Assembly (NCBI RefSeq): GCF_035084215.1 | Contig: NC_090331.1 | Span: forward strand, 25,296,001 to 25,360,000 | From: Heptranchias perlo | Taxonomy: Eukaryota | Length of the DNA stretch: 64,000 nt | Reading direction: 5' to 3' | Part shown: in pieces, positions 13,750 through 26,803 of the stretch | Layout: each line of letters begins with the position of its first letter | Numbering within the stretch: the stretch's first letter is position 1 | Notes under the pieces: model-generated | Seen by the model: the letters and a program-made list of their open reading frames with translations, nothing else | Database searches by the model: none | What the model was told of the DNA's origin: nothing | Program-made: the position numbers and the translations under genes

Positions 13750-15520
13750 TATTTGTTTCCAGAATGTGGGCGACGTTGACAAGACCACATTGATTGCCCA
13801 TCCCTAGTTGCCCAGGGAAAGTAGTGGTGAGCCTTCTGCTATAAACTGCTGCAGTTCTTGCAGTGATGGTGCTACCACAATGCTGTTATGATGTGGAGAT
13901 GCCGGTGATGGACTGGGGTTGACAATTGTAAACAATTTTACAACACCAAGTTATAGTCCAACAAATTTATTTTAAATTCCACAATTTGTTGGACTATAAC
14001 TTGGTGTTGTAAAATTGTTTACAATGCTGTTAGGTAGAGAATTCCAAGATTCTGACCCAACGATGATGAAGGAATGGTGATATATGTCCCTGTCAGGATG
14101 GTGTGTGACTGGGAGGGGAACTCAGTGATGGTGGTGCTCCCATCATACTTTTGTCCTCTGTGGTAGAGGTTGCAGTGAAGGGAGGTGCTATTGAAGTGAC
14201 CTTGATGAGATTCTGCATTGCGTCCTGTAGATCGTACAGACTATAACTACAGAGTGCTGGTGGTGGAGAGGGTGGACATTGAATCCAGTGGGAAAGGCAC
14301 TTATCAAGCAAACTGCTATATCCTGAATGGTGTCAAGCTTCTTGTGTGTTGTTGCAGCTGGACTATCCAAGCAAGTGGTGAGTATTCCATCACACTCCAG
14401 CTTTGATTCTTGATGGAGAGGCTTTAAGGGATGAGAAGGTGAGCCACTTGTTGCAGAATACGTATTCTCTGCCCTGTTATTATAGCCATGGCGCTGATAT
14501 AGCTAATCCAGTTCAGCTTCTGGTCAGTGTGACCCCCAGGACATTGATTGTGGGGGACTCAGCGATGGTGGTGCCATTGAAGGTCAAAGGGTGATGTCTG
14601 ACCTTTCCCTTGTTCGTTGTGGTCATTGCTTGGCACTTACGTGATACAAATGTTATTTGCCACTTGTCAGCCCATGATGTTATCCAGGTCCTGCTGTATG
14701 GGCTGCTTCTTAAATTGTGAATGGAGCGGAACACTGTAGAATCGTCAGAGAACAGCCTCACCCCTGATCTTGCGATGGAGGAAAGGTCAGTTGCTTTTTA
14801 ATGAGGAGTGAACTAAATTGGATGGACACTAATATCTATAATGGTGGGGACCTCAGGAAGAAACCAAGTAGGATCAACTACTCCTGTTAGTTGCCTGGTG
14901 GTCAACCACTATTCTCAACTGAAAAAATAGGCTTACAGTGCTTTCCTCTGACCCGTTGATTATGGGACTGCATAGCTTTGTCTATTCTGCTACTTTTGGT
15001 GTTTAGCAGGCAGGTGGCCCTGTGTAGTAGCTTCACTAGGTTGGTATCGCATTCTAAGATATGCCTGATGCTGGCTTCTGGAGCACCCTTCTACACTGCA
15101 CATTGAACCTGGCTTGATGGCGATCAAGGATTGAGGGCTGTGCCAGGTTATGAGGTTACAGATTGTGGTGGTTCACAATTCTGCTGCTGCTGATGGCCCA
15201 TAACGCCTCACTGATGCTCAATTTTAAGCTGCTAGATCTGTCCTTAGTCTGTCCCACTTAGCACAATGGTAATAGCACAATACATAGATAAATATGATTC
15301 TGTGAGTACAAATATATCAGGCTGTTGTTTGGCTAGTCTGTGTGGGGCAGCTCTTCCAATTTAGGCACTAGCCCTTAGATGTTAATGAGTGGACTTTTCA
15401 GGGATTGCTTTAGTCTTATCCTGACATAATGCCTGGGTCATTGCCAATAGGTCCGTCTCATTTTTTTCTTATTATTGAACTCGAAGTGATTGTTTACAAT
15501 TGGGTGGCTTGTTGGGCCAC
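13750..15520 (-). mobile_element. Old diverged family-B LINE fragment
   Basis: Homologous to 2552-3040. ORFs read KKLDTIQDIAVCLI and RLFSDDSTVF...WADKWQITF. Right boundary approximate. Confidence 0.7.
13889..14020. mobile_element. Miniature palindromic Penelope-like (pLTR-only) insertion
   Basis: Matches the ends of 27444-30085. Perfect 43-bp inverted repeat 13925-13967 / 13983-14025. TSD acaatgctgtta at 13877-13888 and 14021-14032. Confidence 0.88.
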
Positions 15521-15965
15521 TTCAGAAGACATTAAGAGTCAACTATGTAGTGTGGGGCTGAACTTACATGTAGGCCCGACCAGGTAGGGATGTTAGCGAA
15601 CAGTTCAGTTTTCACGACAATCTGGAAGCTTTAATGGCTATTTTTTTTGGTACTAGCCCATAAATTATTAGATTTATTGAATTAATTTTCACAACTTGCC
15701 ATGGTGGGATTGGAACTCATGACCTCTGAATTGCTAGTTCAGTACCAAAACAACAAGGCTACTGCATGGGGTCTGGGAGGGCCCCCCCCACCCACCCAAA
15801 AAAAAAGTAGGCAGGTGCCATATCATCTCGCTACGTATATCAGTAAAACATTAGCTCCCTCCATATTGCAAGAGTATATGTTATCACTGCCATCTTGATA
15901 TTTTTCACACAATAGGTTAAAAAAAATCCACACCCTAACAGTAGTAGGATTAGGGACACGTAGTA

Positions 15966-16172
15966 TTAGGAACATAGAAACAGGAGTAGGCCATTCAGCC
16001 TGTCGTGCCTGCTCCACCATTCAATTTGATCATGGCTAATGTATACCTGAATTCCATTTACCTGCCTTTGCTCCATATCCCTTGATACCCTTACCTAACA
16101 AAAATGTATTGATCTCAGTCTTGAAAATTTCAATTGACCCAGCATCCACAGCCTTTCGGGGGAGTGTTCCAG
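15966..16172 (-). mobile_element. CR1 3' UTR fragment
   Basis: aacatagaaacaggagtaggccattcagcc matches the other CR1 3' ends in the window. Confidence 0.75.
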
Positions 16173-16931
16173 AGTTGCGCTACCCTATTCCAACACACCA
16201 TAACGTTCTCATCATCCCAAATATGTTCTTTATGCTCCATAAAGTACTATGTAGAGCACAAATTGCCAATCTTGCCAACTCTATTTTAAAACTTAAGCAG
16301 TCCTTGTTACCATTTGAGATGTTGCTAAGAGTGAGTAGAAATGGACCATTTTGGAAAACTTAGCCCATATCTGTACCATTTAAAAGAAAATGGGAATCAC
16401 CGTACACAGATATAAACCACAGTGCTTTTCAAGGTGCAAAAATTGCTGACCATTACTAAGATTCATAACACGTGCTGGTATAGCCTACACATCAGCTCCA
16501 TTCTGGCCAGGTTAATCACTATACAATGCTGATAAAACTCTAACGGAGTAAGTTGTAACACTGTTCCAGATATAGAAGCAACTTGTACAGCGACATTGGA
16601 TACATAGCAGTTTATCAGTCTAATTGAGAGTCTGGTGAGACTTTTCCCGTTGTTGCTCTGCATGCAGGATTACCCAGGGTACTTTGCACTTACATACAGT
16701 CAGATCCATATGTGTGATCCTGATATGCAGTCTCCTCCTGTCACATTACGTAGAAGAGTCTGCTGTGTTCCACAAACCATCAGTGGGGATTCCACGGCTA
16801 AGTGGCAGACTCTGCAGCCCTGGGAAATCACTTGTAAATTAAAAATGATAAATGCTGCATACATTATATAAAGTCTGAGCAGTTTTGTGGTTTACAGGTT
16901 GTGACACTGCTGATGGGTATTGCTGATTTTA

Positions 16932-16950
16932 TAACCGCCACCTTGTGGTC
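16932..16950 (-). promoter_or_regulatory. CTCF-like motif
   Basis: Minus strand reads GACCACAAGGTGGCGGTTA, close to the CTCF core consensus. Motif match only. Confidence 0.3.
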
Positions 16951-17639
16951 TAAATAGTTAGCAGGACCCCACAGTTGTGTTGTAAGCCATGTTGTCTACA
17001 GTATTACTGTTACTTATATAATACTGCAGCATTACTTACGATTAGTCTGGAGTCTGCAGCATGGTTTTGAAGCTGAGCTGCTAATCTGGCCTGTCTCTTT
17101 AAGGCTACTGATCCTGTACTCCACGTAGCATCTTATAATTGTTGCTAAGGTCAATTAAAGATCAATGTATTGCTCATAATTTTCAAGTCCCAAGTCAATG
17201 ATTGGCTTTCTTTTCAGATTATTATGCATCTGTAACAAAACATAACACATATATACTAGTAAACCTCCATCAGCAATGCTCGTGGTGATCTCTGGTTCAA
17301 GGATGATTATTGCAATGTTTAGTTGCTAACCTTGCTTGTTCCTTTAAGGTCAGCTATTACTTTAAATAGGCAATTTCCACTGTCCCATCTAAAAACTGTA
17401 CATTCCCAGTTTCAGGTCAATGACTGGCTTTCTTTCTCTCATTTGTAGTGCAAAGCTCGCCTCTGTTTTCAGGTTCTACACAATTAGCATATTGCAGGCA
17501 AGAACCAGCTGTCTCGCCCATTCGTGGATGGGAAAGCATGTGATGAGTAAAGGGACATTGCTGCAGTTCTGGACAAAGAAAAATGAATTGCTATTGTGAA
17601 ACATCAGCATTGATGTTTCACAATCAGCAAGGCAGTTCA

Positions 17640-19480
17640 ATTTTCAAATGGGGAGGAAGAGATTTTACCAGAGCTGGAGCAGCAGAAGAGGGAGCTGCTA
17701 TTTCCTTGGATGGTTATTAGATGCCCAGAAGAATGAATCACAGTGTGCGGCAGGAAGTAGCAAAGCAAGTAAATGTAAACAACATTATGAGGAAGTAATA
17801 GCTACAAGAAGTTTAATGACCTCACCAGGTGTGCTAAGGTACGACAATCCACCATAACTTTATAGTAAAGCAGTGTATTAACTATGAATGGCAAAAATAG
17901 TCTCATCCAACTCACACAGTCTTGTAGTACTTTGAAAGTTTTCCATGATGGTCAGGGTGCACATTGCAACAACTACAGTTCCACCTGACAAATCCTTCTG
18001 TCTACTGTACCTGACTGATGCATGTTCCTGTCATCATACTTCCTGTCAGCAGCACTCTTGATACATGGGTTTCTATGTATGTCATCCTGCCAAAGCCAGT
18101 TAGTCAATCCCTTCTACTGTTTCTCCAGGAGAAGACGACATATAACCAGAGGAGAGAAGCTGCACAAGAGAATCACCCATCTGCATCCTCATTGAGGAGG
18201 CAGCACAGCAGATCTAGGGAAGAGAGATTATATAGGAAGCAGGAAATTATGAAGTTGGAGGGCTGGACCCAGCTCAGGGTTTGGGCAAAACTTATTGGGC
18301 CCAAAGATCCATAGGCCACTTGCATTGGTCTTGCACCCTGGAGGTGGCATGTTAACATGGGACTACTGTGCTGGGGAGAATGTAAATTGCAGATGCAGGT
18401 TCTTAAAGAGCCCAAAATGGCTGAAGATTTCAGCAGCAGGCTGGGGGAGCAACAGGTAAATACTGAACTTTTTGCCAGACTAAGTTAACTGTCCAGTATG
18501 CGTAATAGAGGGCTCACATGAGTTTTATTTATTTATTTATTTTTTTATTCGTTCATGGGATGTGGGCGTCACTGGCGAGGCCAGCATTTATTGCCCATCC
18601 CTACTTTTAAAGTAAGTAGAGGACCTTACAGAAACACCCCGAGGGAAACTGGCCATTGCAAGCAGGCAGAAAAGAATGATTCTGACCTACGAACCCTCCT
18701 GAATGAGATGCAGCAAAGGAGAAAAAGACAGCTGAGTGTTCATGGGAGTGTAACCGTTTACGGTTACTGGCTTAGTATACAGAGAAGAGTCAATTCTCTC
18801 TTAACTCTCAATTCACTTTATTCACGCCGTTAGATCATATACGTTCCTGTGTATCAGTAGCTGACGTCTCAGGTTATCTTCTGCAGCCTCTGGCCAACAG
18901 GAGAAAGCCAAGTGGCACATACCATGTGGAGGGAGGTGACAGTGGCATTGAATGCCACATCTCTTATACCCAAAACTGCAGACCAGTTCAATGATCTGAT
19001 GAGGGCAGACAAGATGATGTACTGGCCACTGTGTCTTTTTTTACTTGGGCAATATGGGCACCAATACATGGTTCACCCTATAAAATTATTAGGTGCACAA
19101 GTAACTCTTTACACTGCCCTGTAGTTAAGGGCTTCACTAACTCTTAATATGACAATATATGTTGCGCTATCTCCCCAACAATAACTACTTGCATGTGAAA
19201 ATTTAAAACCTCTTCCTCCACTTTAGCAGGGATGATATCAGCATATCTATTACATTAACTGTCTGATGCCACCTGGGAGACATCCTTCAAATGCTAACCT
19301 TCACTTAATTCACTCAATCTTGTTGTAGGTGAAACCTGTACACAATGTCCGCAAAAGGCAATGCAGCAGAGGGAGGGCGTTCTGTACATCAAAGAGCTAA
19401 TCCCGCACAAGAAGCAGTCAATGAGCTGCTGGGGAGACATTCAACTCTAGCTTGGGAGATGGTGAGATTGGAGGGACAGT
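17640..19480 (+). pseudogene. Two degraded Harbinger Myb/SANT-like gene remnants
   Basis: aagaagtttaatgacctcaccaggtgtgctaag|gt (KKFNDLTRCAK) at ~17806-17840, and WREVTVALNATSLIPKTADQFNDLMRADK in ORF 18912. Each is followed by a second-exon-like segment (~18129, ~19329). Confidence 0.6.
18530..18603 (-). mobile_element. Short family-B LINE 3' end
   Basis: ttttattcgttcatgggatgtgggcgtcactggcgaggccagc is nearly identical to 2552-2612. Confidence 0.8.
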
Positions 19481-20399
19481 GCAGGTTGCGGATTAATGGG
19501 TGCACATCTAGACAGTCGCTATGGCATCCATGTGCAGCAGCACACAACCAGAAATCTGTCTTCTTAAACCGAACGTGGTTATGCTCATCCATTCTTAGCT
19601 TATGCCCTCCTTTCCTGCACATCTATCACAGCAATGGGATGGGAGCGGAAGATGATGATGAGGAGGAAGAGGGCAGAAATTTCTTCTTCATTGACTGCGA
19701 AAATGACAATGAAAATGCTTCTGGTGAGCAGTTCCTAGAGCAATAACCTCTCCAATGTTCCTCTGCCACAACCCCCTTAATGTCAAGAGCCTCCTTGTAA
19801 CATTCCTCAGCTGCTTTAGTTGAAACTCTTTAGTGAGGATCATTATCCATGACAGGAAGGATTGTGCATTGTCATCCCCAAGCCATCCAATCTTCTTGAC
19901 TACCTTCTTGGAAGAGCTCAGGGAGGGCACGATTCCTGACAATGCATGCATTAATAACACTCCGGGTGATATTGCACAGATCACCCATGGCTGCTTGTGG
20001 CGTAAAAATTGAATGCGGTTGTCACTTTCACAGCCGTAGGCAGGGCTGCCTGAGCAGATGATCTTGGCCACAAGTGTTCACATTGTAGATGGTACAGCTC
20101 TCTTACTGCCTCTTTGCTGAAGCACACTCTTTTCACACAGAGCATCTCTCTGAGACCATCATATGCTCTGCGTGCACTGTAAACTCATTTTTTTGGAGGT
20201 GGGGTATATCTTATAGGCTGCATTCTCCTCAAATTCTCCTTTGCTCCATCTTGTACTGCTCCTCCATGATATCGCAAACAGGGGACTTCTCATTGGAAAT
20301 CCTATGCCTGCTATTCAGAACCTCTTATTGTGGGTAGGGGCATTAATATCCCATAGGCCTCACTGACCCTCAGGCTGTCAGAGGCAAGTCCAACTCTAC

Positions 20400-21300
20400 C
20401 CATGTGCAAAGCAAAAAAAAGAACACTTTGGCAAGGCTATATTGGAGGATTCCCCAAATCCGCCAAGCCATTGGAATCTTTGCTTTGCTCTGCCTATGGT
20501 GGGCTCAATAAGGGAATTCGCGGGTGTATGCAGTTCATTATACTTGGCTGTTGTACACAGTAGGCATAAAGGGGCCATGAGCCAAGGCTGCAGCGAGTAT
20601 TCCTGGCTTACTTGGATCCAATCTTGCACTTTTCTTTCCAAGTCAAATAATAAGGGCACAATGGATTGCCATAGAATAAAGGCATCATGAATGCTGCTAG
20701 AGAAGTGACCAATCAACCGTGAAAATATTCCATAATTCATTAACTTAAATTGGAATAATTTTCAAGAACGTCTTTTTGGCAATGGTGGACAATAAGTCGT
20801 AAGTAGTTAAAGGAGGTGCTTAGTGTGGAAATATCTCAAAAATGGCCCCTAATCCAGACTAACAGCACTGAGAAATTTTTAGTAGTTGTTTGGTCAGGGA
20901 ACTTATCAGATTGTGAAGTGCAGGTCAAAAGCAACCGACGTTTTATGATTGTTTTGCTTATTTTACAAAGAGTAATGTCTGGAGTTCTGGACCTTAAGGG
21001 ACCTGCTTTCAGAATAAGGCTGTTTTCTAAGCATTGTGCTTGGGGACAATGCCAAGTAGCATATTGTAGAGGGTGGTTTGCGTGGAGGAGTTCACTAGCC
21101 ACATGTGTACAGACTTGCAATCTGGAGCAGAACGCACCATGTGAGAACTGCCAAAGCCAGCCAGTGATTCTCTCATGAGTGCATAGACTGCTACCATAGA
21201 GGTATGAAGTCACAGGAGGGAACCAGGCGGCTTCAACAAGCTTGGGGATTGACTAGAAGTAACGACGAGGCAGGGCTTGATCAAAAGGATGCCATTACCT
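20400..21300 (-). pseudogene. Degraded Harbinger (HARBI1-like, DDE_Tnp_4) transposase
   Basis: HDAFILWQS...YSLQPWLMAP...YNELH...IEPTIGRAKQRFQWL follows the Harbinger DDE nuclease pattern. Convergent with the Myb remnants. Confidence 0.8.
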
Positions 21301-23089
21301 CTGCTGCCACACTGATCAATGGCCATGAATAGAGACAGGACTGGAATGGACACTGATGATGGTTCTATTTCTCAAGATAGGCAGACCATCCTATCGGCCC
21401 CTCCAATGGCTGCATGTGTCAGAAAGGGTACAAGGCCAGGCAGCTCACCTAACAATATAAGGACTCTTTAAAAGCATTTCCGTTACCAGCTCTGCCGCTA
21501 GCAACTCTGGATGCTCAATTTATATGGACGGAATGGTAAAACACCAATATTTTGGAGAGAGCATTGAGAAATTGCAAGAAGAATGTTAGCACCTCATTAG
21601 GGCCTCATTTAAAAATACAAGCTATCAAACTGGCAGCTGCCAGAAGAAAATACCAGGAGAGGTGTTCATGGAGTACTAAATCAGGGTGAATGCCGTGGTA
21701 GTTCTTTACCCCGATTTCCAGCTGGTTTCATTCATTTTATGTCTGCTTTTTCGGCAAAACTGATTGGAACCTTTAGGCTCTAATAGAAGTAAATTAGTCA
21801 ATTCTGAGATTTTACTGATATGCTAAATGCTAAGTGACTATTTTTTTCCCCCTCTTGACTAACTTGGTATTCATCAATATTCCTCTACATGCCAAAATGG
21901 CAATTTCTCATTGGTGTTATTACCCATCAAAAGCTCAATAAACTGCAGTTAAGCCATTTTCTAAGGTAATGCATTAATGGTATTAAGTATGTTCCAAATG
22001 AGTACTGTGTATGAAAGTAGATGGTCAATCACAAATAATTTATTGTTGGTGTACAAAGTAAGCAAACCTCAGGCATTTTGAAATAACCTTATGTGCCTTG
22101 TCTTTTTAATCCATATAAAATCAATAAGTTAATAACATAACCCGCGGAATGCTTCCAGTAATCATAATCTGTTAATGGAACTTTAAACCCAAAGCATTAT
22201 GCTTTATTAAAGACCTTTGTCCCTTAGAACATGTGTATAAGGCTATTTCTACACATTAGTAATACACTCTGTGGACCTAAATATTTTGATTGTTACCCAG
22301 GCTCATACTTTGATACAAAATTGACATGTCATATTATAGGACAATCACAAGGTTACATTCATGTAGACTATGAGAAGCTACCCCAACTATGCACTAGCTG
22401 GGTCCAGACTATCATTAACTCTTCCAGAGCCAAATAAACAGAAATTCAATATTTTTGCCATTACATTACTTTAAAGATTAATAATCTGGGCGTCGGTTTG
22501 AATCCAAGTAACATTGTAGAACAGACTGTCAATTACAAAGGAATCAATGCAAAGAAAAGGTCATGGAGTGAAATTGCCAGTAGCGCGAAATGTGCTAATA
22601 GCGAATCAGCACTCGGTTAATCGGTTAATAAAATCGATTGTGGTGTAAAACGGGCTGCTGATTTTTTATCAGCCTGTTTTGCACAATTGGCGATGACCAA
22701 TGATGTCACTCAAGCTGGTTATTGTGAGCCTTTCTAGTTCTTCAACGCCTAATTTTCATTGCAACCGTAAATGTAAATTTTCACTGCATAGATGTACCAA
22801 GTAATGGCCTACAGCCTAAATTATGCAAATTAGCTTTCTTCATTGTTAGTGTAAACATTTCTACCTCCTTTTCTGGTTTAAAATAGGCTCTGCTGTAGGT
22901 GGATTTCAATCCATTTAGTATAAATCATTGGCTTTTAGTGCCCACTCATTAGGATGTCAAAGTCAGACTTTGAATTTGGTCCACCTCACAAAATTAAAAT
23001 GCTTTGAATGTGACAATTCAAATTGACTGTTGTAAACCCTATGATATTGTATACTTTAACTTCCACATGAAAGGTTACTAATTAAAATG

Positions 23090-23842
23090 AAAGCTCAAAA
23101 CTGTGGGGTTCCAAGGCAGAACTTGGGTCTGGATAAAAAATTGACTGAAGGATAGAAAATAACAGGTATTGGTTAATGTTGGGGTGGTGGGGGGGGGAAG
23201 TACTTAGTGGGTTGCCCCAGGGCTCAGTATTGGCCCACTGCTAATTCTAATTTACATCAATGACTTAGATTCAGAAACTCAATGGAAATTGATCAAATTT
23301 GCAGATGATACCAAACTTGGAGCGGCAGTGCAATCGAAGGAGTCAGCCCAGAAACTACAAACAAGCACTGGAGGCATTGCAGAGAAAAGTCACGAGGCTG
23401 ATCCCTAGTGTCAGAAGTCTGAGTTATTAGGAAAGACTGGAAAGACTTTAATATTTCAGCCTGGAAAGGAGGCGTTTCAGACATGAACTTATGGAGATAT
23501 ATAAGGCAAATCTGGAATACTACTTTAAATTAAACTGTGGAAGTAGAACAAGGTGACACAGGTTTAAATTAGAGGCAAAATACTGCGGATGCTGGAAATC
23601 TGAAATAAAAACAGAAAATGCTGGAAATTCTCAGCAAGGGTATTCAAAGTTGAAGAAATTAGGACTGATTTCTTCAGGCAGAGAGTGATCAACATTTGAA
23701 ATGCACGTCCAATGGCAGAATGGTGGAGACAAAATCCCTGGAATCATTTAAGTAACAATTTGATGCAGAAATGGGAGGAGTGTAAGGTTGTGATGGACGG
23801 ATGAATCCATGAATCAAATGGTTTTCCTCACCTTATGATCTT
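23090..23842 (+). mobile_element. Old CR1 remnant
   Basis: cagggctcagtattgg...tacatcaatgacttag...aaatttgcagatgataccaaactt ([19 protein letters not shown]). Confidence 0.75.
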
Positions 23843-24348
23843 GGAGGTAGAAAGGAGGGACAACAGGGCAAGCCTTCTGAGACATCCGGCAAAATGCCTT
23901 AGAGCTGAACAGCCAAAGTAATTAGCTCAAAGTGGGTGCATGGTTCACTTTAAAAGCCGACCTGATATCTGGTGAGTCTACCCCGGGCTTCACCATTTGA
24001 AAAATGTAATGTGTAAGGGGTAATTTTAAGAAATCACACCCTGTTACGGACCCTCATTGGCTCGATTGGATGGGAAATCCTCGGGAATGAACCCCTGCAT
24101 TCCACTTATGTGCTCCCAGTGGGTGAGGCTCCACACAGGGAGTGTTATTTTGTAAAATTACTCCAATAGTGCGAACACAATGGGGGGAATCCAGTTCACT
24201 CCAAATTAATCCAATCTAAATCAAACAAAAGGGAAAAAACTTTGAATCTGGAAATAAGAAATAAAACAAAACATGCTGGAAATACACAGCAGGGCTGTCA
24301 GCATCTGAAAAGAGAAAAGGTAGGCTAGGATTTCAAATGGTGACCATA

Positions 24349-25656
24349 GCCTAGATTTTCAAGTATAGGTCCAGTTTACTCCCAAATCATTACAAACAGG
24401 CATTGCACTAACACAAATGGAAATGTGCTATTTGCACCCAATCTTCTGAGGTCAGCTCATTATCAAATGATGAATAGCTCCAGATGTAGATTTGAATGTG
24501 TGCAAGAAGCACACTAGGGCTGTGGGTGGAAAATTATGTGTAAGTAAAATTTAAAGGGATGGGAACAATTAAAGGGAAGTGTCACTGTTAGAAATTCGGG
24601 TCTGTTGTAAATGCTTGGGTTCTTGGGTTCAGTGGCATCAGTCGATTCCATAAGTGGGAGCTTCTTACTTTTATGGGAGTTGACTTACACTGCCCAATAT
24701 CTACTTGCATAATAGTATAAACTGGGAAGTATAATAATACAACTCCCTTGCAACTTGAACTGGTTATTCATTGCTTTTGCATATTTGCTTTTTCAAACTC
24801 TGCATTCGTGGACTGAGCAAACACTTGGTACTTGAACATGTTGTCACCTCCCAGATCTGTGCCCATTTTTCCTTGAACTTCCTGTTTGAATCACGGGTGC
24901 CCGATCCACTACCGCCTCCGCTAAAAGTTAAAATAACCTCTTGGGTGCCCTCTCTCCTAGTAGCTTGCACCTATGTTTTTAATGCAGAGTGGTCTTCAAC
25001 GTCAAATAGTTCTTCGGCGCACCTCATGCAGCAGGATGTCCGACTCTTTAACATCAAAGGGGCCAGTATTGTCCACATATGTCCGTTGTGCCATTGTGAT
25101 CAATTTCTCCAGTTTTCTGTCCCCACAGCTTCCCTTTTAATGGCTAGGTGCAGTTCTTTAAAGTAAGTGTAGTCCAGTCATCTCTTAACAATTTTGTTTC
25201 ATTTCCCTTTTTCTACAGGCTCATAGGTTCTCATGAGACTTTGTGCTAATTGTTCTATATTTTTTCTCCAGCACCATTGCTGGCCCCAGTGGATTTGGAA
25301 CAAGAAGAGGAGAACCAACAAGGAAATGCCTGGCAGGTCAGGCTGCATGAGATGTGTATGTGTCTGCAAGCACCTCCCACGGTTGCAGAGAAAGGTAAAC
25401 ATACCTCACTTTGGCAGATGAACTGTGCATGCAGGCACTTTTCTCTAATTGTTCCCATCCCTTTAACTTTCACTTATGAAGAGTTTTCCGCTCCCATCAC
25501 TAGTCTGCTCCCTGCATACGTGCAAATCTGCACCTGCTATTCTAATGAGCTGACTCTGAAAAATTACATGTAAACTGTACACTTCAATTTCAGTCTGTCT
25601 AAAGGCTGTTTCTAACCATTTGCTCTAAATTGCACCTATAGAGATAAAATCTAAGC
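24349..25656 (-). mobile_element. Old non-autonomous Harbinger-derived element
   Basis: Imperfect ~50-bp TIRs (24349-24401 vs 25604-25656). Internal Myb-like remnant on the minus strand (LLHEVRQR...WREGTQEV, clearest in the duplicate copy). Confidence 0.55.
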
Positions 25657-25681
25657 AGCTATATTTATTCCTCATTCCTAC
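24897..25681 (+). repeat. Local duplication, copy 1 (copy 2 = 26911-27445 + 30086-30366)
   Basis: Collinear, high-identity match along the whole length, from cccgatc to cctcattcctac. Confidence 0.93.
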
Positions 25682-25788
25682 ACTGGAGTATCAGCCTAGA
25701 TTTTGTGCTCAGGACTCTGGAGTCGGGCTTGAATCTACAAACTTCTGACTCAGAAGTGAGAGTCCTACCACTGATCCATGGTTGTCAC
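25681..25788 (-). mobile_element. tRNA-SINE head fragment
   Basis: Homologous to 4735-4834. Confidence 0.7.
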
Positions 25789-26636
25789 CCTATACCTGAT
25801 ATATCTGATGTACATATCCAGTACTTTTATTTTTATTTCAGAATCCAAATGGAATATGGTTGATATCTCAGACAGTGGTTTCTTCAGAACACTACTCTAA
25901 TATCTAGTCTTTGGCACTCATTTCTTTTTAATCATTGCACTGTAATAGTAAAATCAATTCTCAAAGTGGATCTCTTCCACCTTCTGAGAGGAGCTACTAG
26001 CTTTTTTTGTCACTGGTTGATGAGGTCACATTGCTTTCTGAGGTATATGGAAAATGAGAACATAAGAGAATGTTTTAATTAGAACATTTCATAAATGTTC
26101 GTTTTTACTTGTGATTAAATGTTTGAATTTTCAGTATGTTAATGGTCGGTCTGGTTTCTGCTTAAAGCCACACAGAGCTCCTGGATCTCCAGCTGGCAGC
26201 AAGCAGTGGGGTCACCAACTGCTCCAGATCATCTCCTGAAAACAATTAGCTTCTTTTACCAAGGAAGTGGAAAATATTCACTTTGAAGTTTCATTAAATA
26301 AATTAATTACTGTTATGAGCTGAATAATGAGTGTCTGTCTGTTTATAGCCAGAAATAATTTGGAGTCTGGAGTTTTCCATTCACCATTGTTTTTGTTGAG
26401 TCCAATATTTTCTGCAGTTTCTTCCCCCTAAGACATTTTCTCCAATCAGTACCTATGGAATATCCAGCTGGAACATTATTTCAGACAGTTAATGGTTTTT
26501 GTGGTAGTTATGAGTCTCGTCCACTCGAGCGGGGATGGAGGTACTGCAACTGATATTTCCATCTGTTTGAAGATATTGTAACTGAAAATTGTGTTGGGAC
26601 ATATCAACTAACCTTGGTGATGAGTTCAAAGCTTGC

Positions 26637-26803
26637 AGGGGAGGTTTTCCACTTCAGCACTGACAAGAAGTTGTGCACCATAGCCTGTGATTTTCTTTCA
26701 TCCATTAAGTCAAATGAATGGAAAATTATGGGTTGAGGGTGTATAAGTTCCCGATGTACAGTCCTGACTTACGCCAAGAGTGCCCAGGCAGAAAACCTCC
26801 CCT
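26637..26803. mobile_element. Small MITE
   Basis: Perfect 13-bp TIR aggggaggttttc / gaaaacctcccct. Confidence 0.65.

Noticed and set aside
13925-14025. Hairpin as a pre-miRNA or terminator
   Set aside because: Fully explained by inverted Penelope ends with a TSD.
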